Shown piece by piece: positions 19,915 to 29,693 of a stretch of 64,000 nucleotides of DNA. Made by a program: the position numbers and the translations under genes. Every line of letters begins with the position of its first letter. Positions within the stretch are counted from its first letter, which is position 1. Where the stretch lies: assembly GCA_041653115.1 (NCBI GenBank), contig JBAZGA010000001.1, forward strand, positions 3 through 64,002, given 5' to 3'. This stretch comes from Candidatus Omnitrophota bacterium (GTDB taxonomy: Bacteria > Omnitrophota > Gorgyraeia > Gygaellales > Profunditerraquicolaceae). Under the pieces are notes generated by a model, which saw only the letters and a program-made list of their open reading frames with translations, made no database searches and was not told the origin of the DNA.

Positions 19915-21012
19915 ATGCGGGTTATTTTTCTGGTACCATACCCCAGCGAGGGGCCAAGTAACAGGTATAGAATAGGGCAGTATCTGCCATACCTAAAACA
20001 GGCGGGGATACGCTACCGCGTTTGCTCTTTTTGGAGCAAGGCGGCGTTCCGCGTATTATATAAAGATGGCTACTATTTAAGAAAAATTTACTTTTTTATT
20101 ATCGGGACTTTATTCAGGCTTATTAATATATTCCAGTCCTTACGCTATGATATAGTATTTATTCACCGCGAGGCCTATCCTCTCGGTGGCGCGTTTTTCG
20201 AAATCATACTGAAGCTGTTTAAAAAACCGGTTATTTTTGATTTTGATGACTCCATATTTTTGCCGTCTACATCCAAATCAAACAGCTTTATGGATAGATT
20301 TAAAAACCCGCACAAGGTCGTTCAGGTCATTAAGTTGAGCAGGCATGTGATAGCCGGGAATAATTACCTTGCGGAGTTTGCCTCGCACTATAATTCTGCG
20401 GTTTCGGTCATACCGACTGCTATTGACACGGAAAGATATAAGAATTTTGTATTTAGGGCTCCAAAACCAAATCTTATAATAGGTTGGATGGGTAGCGTAA
20501 CTACTATTGATTTTATTGACGGGATCAGAGATGTCATCCTGAAACTTTCTAAGAAATACCCGCAGTTAGAATTCAGAATAATTGGAGGCGACTATTCTAT
20601 CCGCGGGCTGTCTAATATTACCAGTAAGCCCTGGCTGCTGGAAACTGAACTCTCAGAGCTTGGGGATTTTGATATTGGTATTATGCCTATGCCGGATAAC
20701 ATCTGGACAAGAGGCAAATGCGGGTTTAAGGCGATCCTGTATATGACCATGGGTATACCCTGTGTTTGTTCTCCGGTAGGGGCCAATAAAGAAATAGTCT
20801 CAGACGGCGTTAATGGTTTTTTAGCCGAAACGGAAAGCGGATGGACCGATAAACTTTCTCTGCTTATTGAAAATCCCCGGCTTCGGCAAAAATTAGGCTC
20901 TGCGGGAAGGAGAACTGTTGAAGAAAAATATTCAGTAGCTGTAAATGCGCCCAAGATTTTAGGGGCTATTCAAAAGCTCTATAGTGAATATTACGGAGAA
21001 AGGGACAATTAA
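19915..21012 (+). CDS. Family 4/1 (GT-B) glycosyltransferase
   Basis: 'GFKAILYMTMGIPCVCSPVGANKEIV' is a GT1/GT4 C-terminal donor-binding motif. Confidence 0.5.
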   Translation: MRVIFLVPYPSEGPSNRYRIGQYLPYLKQAGIRYRVCSFWSKAAFRVLYKDGYYLRKIYFFIIGTLFRLINIFQSLRYDIVFIHREAYPLGGAFFEIILKLFKKPVIFDFDDSIFLPSTSKSNSFMDRFKNPHKVVQVIKLSRHVIAGNNYLAEFASHYNSAVSVIPTAIDTERYKNFVFRAPKPNLIIGWMGSVTTIDFIDGIRDVILKLSKKYPQLEFRIIGGDYSIRGLSNITSKPWLLETELSELGDFDIGIMPMPDNIWTRGKCGFKAILYMTMGIPCVCSPVGANKEIVSDGVNGFLAETESGWTDKLSLLIENPRLRQKLGSAGRRTVEEKYSVAVNAPKILGAIQKLYSEYYGERDN

Positions 21013-21985
21013 AATCGTGGATTATCTAAGAGGCGGAACTGAGAAGGACTTTTACGGCGAAGCAGAAGTAACTTCTGTTAATTGTCCTCTCTGTGAGGCC
21101 GGCCAATACAAATTAATTTTTAAAGAAAGGGGAACGCTGGGGGTAGTTCGCTGTTTAAGCTGTGGTTTGCTTTACGCGAACCCCAGGCTGAAGGACCCGG
21201 AAAAGATTTATTGGGGAGATGCTGACAAGTATTTTGAAGAAGCAAAGTTGATTTTTGAGGGGAGGGCTTGCCATCATCGGGATCCGAATTACAAGCAGGA
21301 CCTGAAATTAATTCGTAAATATAAACCCTCAGGAAACTTTTTGGATATCGGAGCTAATATGGGTTTTTTCTTGAGGAACGCCAAGGGCAGAAGCTGGAAT
21401 CTCTATGGGGTAGAACCCTCTGTTCCTTTATCAGAAATGGCGCGGAAATATTTTGATTTAAATATAAAAACAGCTTATTTGGAGGAGGCCGGTTTCCAGG
21501 GTTCTTTTTTTGACATCGTAAGCATGACGGATGTATTCGAGCATCTGGTTAATCCCAAAGAAATATTAAAAGAAATTCACAGGATTTTGAAACCGGACGG
21601 CATTCTTTTTATTAAAGTGCCAAACGGCCTTTTTAACTTATTTAAGCTGTATTGCGCAAAGGCTAGCGGATGCCTAAGAAATTACGATATATTTGATTCA
21701 TACGAGCACATCGCCCATTATTCGCAGCAAACGCTATCTGCGATGCTTAAGGGATCCGGCTTTAAACCGGTAAAATTCTTTATTGGTAAGCCGATACAGA
21801 TACCTGTTTGGCACAATTATGTCGGACATTACTATCAGTACCCTACGCCCTGGCTGCTTGATTTTAAAAGACAGAGCGCAAGGAGAATATTTTATCTTTT
21901 ATCTTTAATCGAATATCGGCTGAAGTTAAATAAAATAGGGTATTTCGCCCCCAACATTATCGTTATTTCAAAAAAGGCATTTTAA
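20984..21985 (+). CDS. Class I SAM-dependent methyltransferase with N-terminal Zn-ribbon
   Basis: 'CPLCEAGQYKL...CLSCGL' is the Zn-ribbon, and 'FLDIGANMGFF' plus 'ILKPDGILFIKVPN' are the methyltransferase motifs. Confidence 0.55.
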   Translation: MNITEKGTIKIVDYLRGGTEKDFYGEAEVTSVNCPLCEAGQYKLIFKERGTLGVVRCLSCGLLYANPRLKDPEKIYWGDADKYFEEAKLIFEGRACHHRDPNYKQDLKLIRKYKPSGNFLDIGANMGFFLRNAKGRSWNLYGVEPSVPLSEMARKYFDLNIKTAYLEEAGFQGSFFDIVSMTDVFEHLVNPKEILKEIHRILKPDGILFIKVPNGLFNLFKLYCAKASGCLRNYDIFDSYEHIAHYSQQTLSAMLKGSGFKPVKFFIGKPIQIPVWHNYVGHYYQYPTPWLLDFKRQSARRIFYLLSLIEYRLKLNKIGYFAPNIIVISKKAF

Positions 21986-23880
21986 TGTGCGGTATTTGCG
22001 GACTGATTAGTGATAGTGCATACAATATTAATAATAGAGATAGGCTTAATAGAATGTGCGTAGCAATGGCCCATCGGGGCCCTGACGACCAGGGGATTTA
22101 TCTCGGTAAAGATAATCCTTCCGTAGGGCTGGGACACAGGAGGCTGAGCATTATCGATTTGTCCGAAGCAGGACACCAGCCAATGGCAAACGAAGATGGC
22201 GCGGTTTGGATTGTCGCGAATGGGGAGATATACAATTACCTGGATTTAAGAAGCGGATTGATAAACAAGGGGCATCTCTTTAAGTCCGATACCGATACAG
22301 AGGTTATTCTTCATCTTTATGAAGAATACGGCGATGATTGCGTTAAACATTTACGCGGTATGTTTGCTTTGGCGATATGGGACGGGAAGAAAAAGATACT
22401 TTTTTTAGCCAGAGACAGGATAGGAAAGAAGCCGCTGCTTTATTCTTATGTTAACGGCGTATTTTGTTTTGCCTCTGAGTTTGCGGCGCTTCTGGAAAGC
22501 GGCGCGGTAAAAAAAGAAATCAACCATGAAGCAATGGATTATTATCTTACTTTTGGATATATACCCGCTCCTTTAACAGTTTATCGCAACGTATTCAAGT
22601 TATTACCGGCGCATAAACTTATTTTAAAGGATGGGGAAATTTCATTATCGCAGTATTGGCAGTTGGATTATTTCCCCAAAATTAATATTTCCGAAGAAGA
22701 AGCCAGGCAGGAAATTCTGCGGTTGCTGAAAGAGGCGGTTAAGCTAAGGCTACATAGCGATGTTCCTTTGGGCGCCTTTTTAAGCGGCGGCATTGACTCC
22801 AGCACCGTTGTGGCAATTATGAGCCAGCTGTCAAATAGTAAAGTAAAGACTTTTTCTATCGGGTTTGAAGATAGCGATTACAGCGAATTAAAATACGCCA
22901 GGAATATCGCGACCAGGTACAGAACCGAGCATTATGAGTTTATCGTTAAGCCTGATGCGCTGCGAATTTTACCTTTATTAGTGGAGAGATACGGAGAACC
23001 GTACGCTGACTCTTCCTGTATCCCTACGTATTATGTGTCTAAAGAAACAAAACGTTTTGTTACGGTAGCTTTAAACGGCGACGGCGGCGATGAGTCATTT
23101 GCCGGTTATGAGCGTTATTATGCCATGCTAATAGCCAACCTTCTTGGTTATTTACCCGGGCCGGGCAAGGTTTTTCTAAAGAAGTTTTCCGCGTTGTTAC
23201 CTGATTCTATCGAATCTAAAAGCAAGTTAAGAAGATTAAAAAGATTTACCGAGGCGGCATTTTTGCCTGCTTATAGAAGATATGCAAGATGGGTGGGAAT
23301 TTTTAACGATAGTTTAAAAAAAGAAATTTACTCGGAAGGCTTTGCAAAGAATCTTAACTCTTTTGATTCCGCAAATTTAATCAAACCATTTTTTAACCAT
23401 AACGGCCGGCAAGCAGGATTAGACGTTTTTCTAAATACCGATGTGCATACCTATCTGCCTGATGATCTGCTGGTAAAAGTGGACATTCTCAGTATGGCTA
23501 ACGCGTTAGAGTGCCGTTCGCCATTTCTGGATCATAAACTTATGGAATTTGCCGCGCGCCTGCCTGCGCGATACAAGCTTAAAGGAAGCATAAAAAAATA
23601 TATCTTGAAAAAATCCGTAGAAAACGAATTAGTCCCCAGGCAAAATATTTACAGGAAGAAAATGGGCTTTGGCATGCCTATCGGCAGGTGGTTGAGAGGT
23701 GAAAATAAGGATTTTTTAAAAGAAACGCTTCTTGGCGGGTCTTTTTTAAGCAGGGGATATTTTAACCCGAAAGCTATAAAATTCTTAGTAGAAGAGCATA
23801 TCCAGGGCAGAAAGGATTATTCTTTTAATCTTTGGGCGCTGCTTATGCTTGAGCTGTGGCATCAGAGGTTTATGGATTAA
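21985..23880 (+). CDS. Glutamine-hydrolysing asparagine synthase family amidotransferase (AsnB / PseA-like)
   Basis: 'MCGICGLISDS' is the N-terminal nucleophile Cys2, and 'FLSGGIDSSTVVA' is the PP-loop. In Campylobacter the AsnB-like PseA generates the 7-acetamidino derivative of pseudaminic acid. Confidence 0.8.
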   Translation: MCGICGLISDSAYNINNRDRLNRMCVAMAHRGPDDQGIYLGKDNPSVGLGHRRLSIIDLSEAGHQPMANEDGAVWIVANGEIYNYLDLRSGLINKGHLFKSDTDTEVILHLYEEYGDDCVKHLRGMFALAIWDGKKKILFLARDRIGKKPLLYSYVNGVFCFASEFAALLESGAVKKEINHEAMDYYLTFGYIPAPLTVYRNVFKLLPAHKLILKDGEISLSQYWQLDYFPKINISEEEARQEILRLLKEAVKLRLHSDVPLGAFLSGGIDSSTVVAIMSQLSNSKVKTFSIGFEDSDYSELKYARNIATRYRTEHYEFIVKPDALRILPLLVERYGEPYADSSCIPTYYVSKETKRFVTVALNGDGGDESFAGYERYYAMLIANLLGYLPGPGKVFLKKFSALLPDSIESKSKLRRLKRFTEAAFLPAYRRYARWVGIFNDSLKKEIYSEGFAKNLNSFDSANLIKPFFNHNGRQAGLDVFLNTDVHTYLPDDLLVKVDILSMANALECRSPFLDHKLMEFAARLPARYKLKGSIKKYILKKSVENELVPRQNIYRKKMGFGMPIGRWLRGENKDFLKETLLGGSFLSRGYFNPKAIKFLVEEHIQGRKDYSFNLWALLMLELWHQRFMD

Positions 23881-23881
23881 A

Positions 23882-24589
23882 ATGAAAAGGTATTTTATTG
23901 CCTTCTTAATTGCGGGGATTATTTTTTCTAGCGGAATATTAATTTTAAATACGGAAGTCATAACCAGGCAGGGGATTAATTATGAAGTCAGGCAGATTAA
24001 GATACCGCTTTATCTTAAGGTGCTTGATTTTATGGACCGGCATTACAACTATAAAAGTTTGACCAGGAAAATAACAGAAAATTGCAAGACCCAGCAAGAT
24101 AAAGTGATAAAAATATTTTCCTGGACATACGATAACATTAAAAGGCAGCCTGGGAATTTGCCCGTGGTAGACGACCACGTCTGGCATATTATTGTAAGAG
24201 GTTACGGTGTGGACGACCAATTTCAAGATGTCTTTACTACGCTATGTAATTATGCGAAAGTCGACTCCTTTTTTGATTACATATATAACAATAATAAAGA
24301 GAGGAGGAAATGTCTTTCCTTTGTTAAATTAAATGACAGATGGACTATATTTGATGTTTACAACGGGGTTTATTTTAAAAATAGAGAGGGACAAATCGCA
24401 AGTATCGAAGATTTATCAGCGGGAAATTGGCTATTAATCCGTGAGGGAAATAACATTTTTGATGAGAATTACGATACATATTTTAAGAGGCTGAGGTCTT
24501 ATAATTATATTGACAAAAAATTTTCAAGGCCTACTTTACAATCTCCCTTACGCAGGTTTATTTTTTGGTGTAAGGGCCTTTTTCATTGA
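23882..24589 (+). CDS. Hypothetical membrane-anchored protein
   Basis: An N-terminal TM helix and a soluble domain with no confident family match. The ORF-track start at 23849 overlaps asnB, so ATG 23882 is the more likely start. Confidence 0.3.
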   Translation: MKRYFIAFLIAGIIFSSGILILNTEVITRQGINYEVRQIKIPLYLKVLDFMDRHYNYKSLTRKITENCKTQQDKVIKIFSWTYDNIKRQPGNLPVVDDHVWHIIVRGYGVDDQFQDVFTTLCNYAKVDSFFDYIYNNNKERRKCLSFVKLNDRWTIFDVYNGVYFKNREGQIASIEDLSAGNWLLIREGNNIFDENYDTYFKRLRSYNYIDKKFSRPTLQSPLRRFIFWCKGLFH

Positions 24590-24628
24590 TTGCAATGAGA
24601 CAAATACAAAAATCAGGAGGAAAATAAT

Positions 24629-25609
24629 ATGAATTGGAAAGATAAGGTTATTCTGTTAACCGGCGGAACGGGTTCCTTTGGACAGAAATTTACCGAGGTC
24701 ATGCTTAGTAAATATAGACCAAAAGTTATAAGAATTTTCAGCCGCGATGAATTGAAGCAATGGGAAATGGAAAGAAGAATTAATAATGACAAGCGTTTGA
24801 GGTTTTTTATTGGCGATGTCCGGGATAAAGACAGGTTAGAGCGGGCCATGGATGGAGCGGATATCGTGGTTCACGCTGCTGCATTAAAACAGGTCCCATT
24901 ATGCGAATATAACCCTTTTGAGGCCATAAAAACAAATATTCTCGGTGCCCAGAATGTAATTGAAGCGGCAATAGATCATAACATAGAAAAGGTTATTGCC
25001 ATAAGTAGCGATAAGGCGGTCAACCCGGTAAATTTATACGGCGCAACCAAGATGTGCATGGAAAAAATATTTATCGCCGCCAATGCCTATGTTGGGAAAA
25101 AAAGACAGACAAAAATAAGTTGCGCAAGATACGGTAATGTAATGGGTTCGCGGGGAAGCGTTATCCCTTTATTGAAAAAACAGAAATCAACCGGCACAAT
25201 TACTATCACAGATAAGAGAATGACCCGTTTTTGGATTACCTTAGAACAAGGGGTGGAATTTGTGGTTAGGTGCATAGAGATGATGCGGGGAGCTGAAATT
25301 TTTGTCCCTAAGGTTCCCAGCATGAAAGTTATTGACCTAGCCAGAAGTATAGCCCCCAAGTGCAAGATTAAATATATTGGCATCAGACCCGGTGAGAAAA
25401 TTCACGAATGTCTAATTACCGAAGACGAGACCGGGCATGCAAGAGAATACAAGAATTTCTTTGTAATTACTCCTGAATATCTCCGACGCTCTTCGAGGGT
25501 CTACCGGAAAGGCAGCAGGCTTTTGGAAAGCTTCAGGTATGCCAGTGATTCCAATAAGCACTGGCTGACTGAAAAAGAGTTACAAAAGACATTAAGGAAA
25601 TTGAAATGA
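24629..25609 (+). CDS. pseB: UDP-N-acetylglucosamine 4,6-dehydratase (inverting), PseB/FlaA1/CapD-like
   Basis: 'KVILLTGGTGSFGQKFTEVMLSKYRPKVIRIFSRDELKQ' is nearly the canonical PseB N-terminus, and 'YGATKMCMEKIF' is the YxxxK catalytic motif. A good RBS 'AGGAGG' lies upstream. Confidence 0.75.
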   Translation: MNWKDKVILLTGGTGSFGQKFTEVMLSKYRPKVIRIFSRDELKQWEMERRINNDKRLRFFIGDVRDKDRLERAMDGADIVVHAAALKQVPLCEYNPFEAIKTNILGAQNVIEAAIDHNIEKVIAISSDKAVNPVNLYGATKMCMEKIFIAANAYVGKKRQTKISCARYGNVMGSRGSVIPLLKKQKSTGTITITDKRMTRFWITLEQGVEFVVRCIEMMRGAEIFVPKVPSMKVIDLARSIAPKCKIKYIGIRPGEKIHECLITEDETGHAREYKNFFVITPEYLRRSSRVYRKGSRLLESFRYASDSNKHWLTEKELQKTLRKLK

Positions 25610-26760
25610 AATATACGCCGTATAGCAGGCAGACGATTGATAAAAAGGACATTAAAGCTGTACTTGGGGTCTTGAAGTCTGACTGGATTACCCAGGGGCC
25701 AAAAATAAAAGAGTTTGAGGATGCTCTTTGTGAATATGCCGGCGTTAAATATGCGGTTGTAGTCTCCAGCGGAACGGCCGCGCTGCATCTTTCTATGCTA
25801 GCGATGAATCTTAGCAAAGGCGACAGGGCAATAACCTCGCCGATTACTTTTTCAGCCAGCGCTAATTGTGTTTTATATGCCGGAGCGGTACCTCAATTTA
25901 TTGATATTAATGATAAAACCTATCATTTAGATATCGAAAAGTTAAAGACCTTTTTTAAAAAAATATCGCAAAGGAAAAAGGTCAAAGTTGTAATTCCGGT
26001 TCACTTTATGGGAACCGTTATCGATATCGAGGAAATAAAGAAGTATTGTGATAGGTACGGCATAAGAATAGTTGAAGACGCAGCTCACGCGCTGGGAGCA
26101 AGATATAAAAGCAGGGACGAATGGTTTCGGGTAGGAAGCTGTAAACATTCGGATATCGCTATATTCAGTTTTCACCCTATAAAGCATATCACTACCGGAG
26201 AAGGCGGAGCTATCCTTACGAACAACCGGAAGATTTATGAAAGGGCGTTGAGGTTACGGCATCACGGTATAATAAAAAATAAAAAACATAAGTTCTGGTT
26301 CTACGATATTCCTGAAATAGGCTTTAACTACCGAATTACAGACTTTCAGTCTGCTTTAGGAATCTCGCAGCTCAAGAAATTAGACAGAGTGGTGAAAATT
26401 AAAAAATTCCTGGCAGATAATTACAATACGCATTTTTCATCGTTAAAGATGGTAAGATTGCCTTATTCAAGGCCGGCGACGTATCCGGCATATCATTTGT
26501 ATGTAATAAGGGTGGGGAAAAATAAGCGGAATGCCTTATACAATTATTTAAGAAAAAATAATATTTTGACCCAGGTAAATTACGTCCCGGTACATTTATT
26601 ATCATACTATCGGAATAAATTTGGCTACAAAGCAGGGGATTTTCCGGTGGCAGAACGCTATTATGATGAATGTTTAAGCTTGCCTTTATACGCAGGATTA
26701 TCCCGGAATCAACAAATGAGAGTAATCGATAGTGTAAGGGGATTTTTAGAAAATGATTAA
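25606..26760 (+). CDS. pseC: DegT/DnrJ/EryC1 PLP-dependent sugar aminotransferase (PseC-like)
   Basis: 'YAVVVSSGTAALHLSM' and 'FSFHPIKHITTGEGG' (the PLP-binding lysine). It directly follows pseB. Confidence 0.75.
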   Translation: MKYTPYSRQTIDKKDIKAVLGVLKSDWITQGPKIKEFEDALCEYAGVKYAVVVSSGTAALHLSMLAMNLSKGDRAITSPITFSASANCVLYAGAVPQFIDINDKTYHLDIEKLKTFFKKISQRKKVKVVIPVHFMGTVIDIEEIKKYCDRYGIRIVEDAAHALGARYKSRDEWFRVGSCKHSDIAIFSFHPIKHITTGEGGAILTNNRKIYERALRLRHHGIIKNKKHKFWFYDIPEIGFNYRITDFQSALGISQLKKLDRVVKIKKFLADNYNTHFSSLKMVRLPYSRPATYPAYHLYVIRVGKNKRNALYNYLRKNNILTQVNYVPVHLLSYYRNKFGYKAGDFPVAERYYDECLSLPLYAGLSRNQQMRVIDSVRGFLEND

Positions 26761-27637
26761 TAACTTGGTAAAGAAAATGTGCCTGGGGACTGCTCAGTTT
26801 GGCCTGAATTATGGAATTGCCAATAGGGGGGGCAGAGTCTCAAAGGTTGAGGCATTTAAAATTTTAGAATCTGCTTCCCGGCGAGGAATAAATACTCTGG
26901 ATACAGCTTATGCCTACGGACAAAGCGAAAATATCGTCGGGAAATTCAGGATGAGGAACAATAATAATCTCAAGATTATCTCTAAATTGCCCGGCATCAA
27001 TAAGTTCGATAAATTGCGAGTCGAGGATTTATTTTATACTTCCCTTAGCAGGCTAAAAATAAGCAAGATTTACGGGTACCTTATACATGAGTTTGATGAT
27101 TTTTTAAAATATGAAAATATCTGGGGAATTCTCGAAAAGTTAAAAAAGCAGGGATTAATCCAGAAAATCGGCTTTTCTCTGTATCGGCCCGAGGAATTAA
27201 AAACGATAATTAAAAATAAGGTAAACTTCGATATTATTCAATTTCCGTATAGCATCTTTGACAGGAGGTTTGATCGCTATTTGAACGTGTTAAAGGAAAA
27301 AGGCATTGAGGTGCATGCAAGGTCGCTATTTCTCCAGGGTCTAGTTTTTTTACGGCCTGCCGGATTACCAAAAAAATTAATTAAAGCCAAGGTTTTTATA
27401 AAGAAGTTGCATCGGATTGCTGCGCAAGAAGCTATTTCTATCGATGCATTATGCCTAAATTTTGCTTTACTTAATCCCTCTGTCGATAAAGTGATATTTG
27501 GCGTAGATAACCTGGCGCAGTTAGAAACAAATATTAGGGATATAAATATGGTGGCGCGGGTAAAAAATATCTACCATAAATTAAAGAAATTAAGCATTGG
27601 CGATGAGCGAATACTGCTGCCAAATGGATGGAATTAA
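26753..27637 (+). CDS. Aldo/keto reductase
   Basis: 'CLGTAQFGLNYGIANRGG' and 'LDTAYAYGQSENIVG' are AKR family signatures. Confidence 0.6.
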   Translation: MINNLVKKMCLGTAQFGLNYGIANRGGRVSKVEAFKILESASRRGINTLDTAYAYGQSENIVGKFRMRNNNNLKIISKLPGINKFDKLRVEDLFYTSLSRLKISKIYGYLIHEFDDFLKYENIWGILEKLKKQGLIQKIGFSLYRPEELKTIIKNKVNFDIIQFPYSIFDRRFDRYLNVLKEKGIEVHARSLFLQGLVFLRPAGLPKKLIKAKVFIKKLHRIAAQEAISIDALCLNFALLNPSVDKVIFGVDNLAQLETNIRDINMVARVKNIYHKLKKLSIGDERILLPNGWN

Positions 27638-27640
27638 AAA

Positions 27641-29692
27641 ATGAAAATCACTGCTGTAATCCAGGCAAGGGTCGGTTCGAGTAGGCTGCCGGCAAAGGTG
27701 CTGATGGATATCCAGGGAAAACCAATGCTTTGGCATATAGTAAAAAGGGTATCTTCGGCAAAGTTGATTGACGAGGTGGTCATAGCTACATCCAAAAATA
27801 ATAATAATGATCGCATAGTAAAATTTGCCAAAGAGCACGATTTTAAAATATTCAGGGGCTCGGAAAATAATTGTCTGGATAGATATTATAGGGCGGCGAA
27901 AGAACTTAAAGCCGATGTTGTGGTACGAATAACTGCGGATTGCGCTTTAATTTGCCCGGAAGTTATTGATAATGTAATATCCGAATATTTAAAAAATGGC
28001 TATGATTACGTAACAAACACAATTTATTATACCTACCCGGAAGGTTGTGATGTAGAAGTATTTTCTTTCGAAGCATTAAAAAAAGCATGGAGGGAATGCA
28101 GGGATTCTGTAGCAAGAGAACATGTTACCCCTTACTTTAAGAATTCGGGAAGATTCAGGATTAAGAATATAGAGAACAAAATTCATATTAACCCGGAAGA
28201 ATATAAGTGGTCAGTGGACAGAATAGAAGACATGGAATTTGTCAGAAGGGTTTATAAATACCTGTATCACGGTAATGTCTTTTCGTATAAGGAGATTATG
28301 GATTTATTAGAAAAGTATCCCGAGCTTAAGCAGATAAATTCAAAAGCAATAATAAATGAAGGATTTTACAGGGGCTTTTTAAAATTACCAAAAATCAAAG
28401 CCAAAAAATTAAGAATTAATAAATCGCTCCTGCTTAAAAGAAAAGCAGATAAGCTCATCCCAAATTGCAGCCAGACGTTAAGTAAAAGTTATTCACAATT
28501 TGTTTATGGGGCTGCTCCGGTATTCTTAGAGAAAGGGAAAGGAAGCCGCGTTTGGGATATTGATGGGAATGAATATATAGATTACGCAATGGCTTTAGGC
28601 CCGGTTATTCTCGGCCATAATTATCCCGCTATTACTTCCGCAATTAAGAAAATCGCGGTAAAAGGAGTGACCTTTACTTTGCCTCACCGATTAGAGGTGG
28701 AACTTGCCGAACTCCTTTGTAGAACAATACCGTGCGCAGAGATGGTTAGGTTCGGTAAAAACGGCTCTGATGCTACTTCTGGCGCAGTCAGGGTTGCCAG
28801 GGCTTTAACCGGCAGGGATAAAGTTGCCTGTTGCGGGTATCACGGCTGGCAGGATTGGTATATAGGAGTTACTACCAGGAATAAAGGGGTGCCTGGTGAG
28901 GTAAGGAAATTAACCTCGACTTTTGAATATAACAAAATAGAAACTTTGGAAAAAATTTTCGCTGAAAACCCAAAGCAAATTGCTTGCGTGATTATGGAAC
29001 CCGTGGGAGTGGTTGAGCCGGAAGACAATTTTTTACAAAAGGTTAAAGAGCTCACCCATAAAAATGGAGCAATATTAATATTTGACGAAGTTGTTACCGG
29101 GTTCCGCATAAGTTTAGGGGGTGCTCAGGAATATTTTAATGTACGCCCGGATTTAGCCTGTTTCGGGAAAGCCATGAGTAACGGTTTACCTATATCTGCG
29201 GTGGTGGGTAAGAGAGAGATTATGAAGCAGTTTGAAGAAGTATTTTATTCTTTTACCTTCGGCGGCGAGATTGTATCGATAGCCGCGGCTATTGGCACCA
29301 TAAAAGAAATAAAAGAAAAAAACGTGATCAGGCACCTTTGGGAGCAGGGGAGAAAGATAAAAGACGGGTATAATGTTCTGTCAAAAGAATATGGATTGGA
29401 AAGATATACCCAATGCATTGGATTGCCTCCAAGAACTGTTATTATATTCAAAAATAGAACAGGCCAGGACGACCTGCTTTTAAAAAGCTTATTTCAGCAG
29501 GAATGCCTAAAGAGAAAAGTCCTATTTACCGACGATCATAACATTTGTTTTAGCCATACAGATAAAGATATTGATTATACGCTTAGAGTTTATCGAACCG
29601 CCCTGGATATTCTTAGGGATGCGATTTCGAAAAATAAGGTTAGAAAGCTCTTGGAGGGCGAGTCGGTAAGACCCGTATTTAGAAAACCATAA
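27641..29692 (+). CDS. Bifunctional fusion of an N-terminal PseF/SpsF-like CMP-sugar cytidylyltransferase and a C-terminal class III (glutamate-1-semialdehyde aminomutase-like) PLP aminotransferase
   Basis: N-terminus 'MKITAVIQARVGSSRLPAKVLMDIQGKPML' matches the SpsF/PseF cytidylyltransferase family. The C-terminal ~430 aa carry 'GSRVWDIDGNEYIDY', 'FGKNGSDATSGAVRVAR' and 'ILIFDEVVTGFR', matching the class III aminotransferase / GSA-AT family. Confidence 0.65.
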   Translation: MKITAVIQARVGSSRLPAKVLMDIQGKPMLWHIVKRVSSAKLIDEVVIATSKNNNNDRIVKFAKEHDFKIFRGSENNCLDRYYRAAKELKADVVVRITADCALICPEVIDNVISEYLKNGYDYVTNTIYYTYPEGCDVEVFSFEALKKAWRECRDSVAREHVTPYFKNSGRFRIKNIENKIHINPEEYKWSVDRIEDMEFVRRVYKYLYHGNVFSYKEIMDLLEKYPELKQINSKAIINEGFYRGFLKLPKIKAKKLRINKSLLLKRKADKLIPNCSQTLSKSYSQFVYGAAPVFLEKGKGSRVWDIDGNEYIDYAMALGPVILGHNYPAITSAIKKIAVKGVTFTLPHRLEVELAELLCRTIPCAEMVRFGKNGSDATSGAVRVARALTGRDKVACCGYHGWQDWYIGVTTRNKGVPGEVRKLTSTFEYNKIETLEKIFAENPKQIACVIMEPVGVVEPEDNFLQKVKELTHKNGAILIFDEVVTGFRISLGGAQEYFNVRPDLACFGKAMSNGLPISAVVGKREIMKQFEEVFYSFTFGGEIVSIAAAIGTIKEIKEKNVIRHLWEQGRKIKDGYNVLSKEYGLERYTQCIGLPPRTVIIFKNRTGQDDLLLKSLFQQECLKRKVLFTDDHNICFSHTDKDIDYTLRVYRTALDILRDAISKNKVRKLLEGESVRPVFRKP

Positions 29693-29693
29693 T

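Noticed and set aside
23882-24589. Possible degenerate transglutaminase-like core in the hypothetical protein ('GVDDQFQDVFTTLCNYAKVDSF' loosely resembling the GxCxxFAxLxxxLxRxxGIPAR block, with Asp in place of the catalytic Cys)
   Set aside because: The resemblance rests on one short segment recalled from memory and the catalytic Cys is not conserved. It cannot be supported without a profile search or structure prediction.
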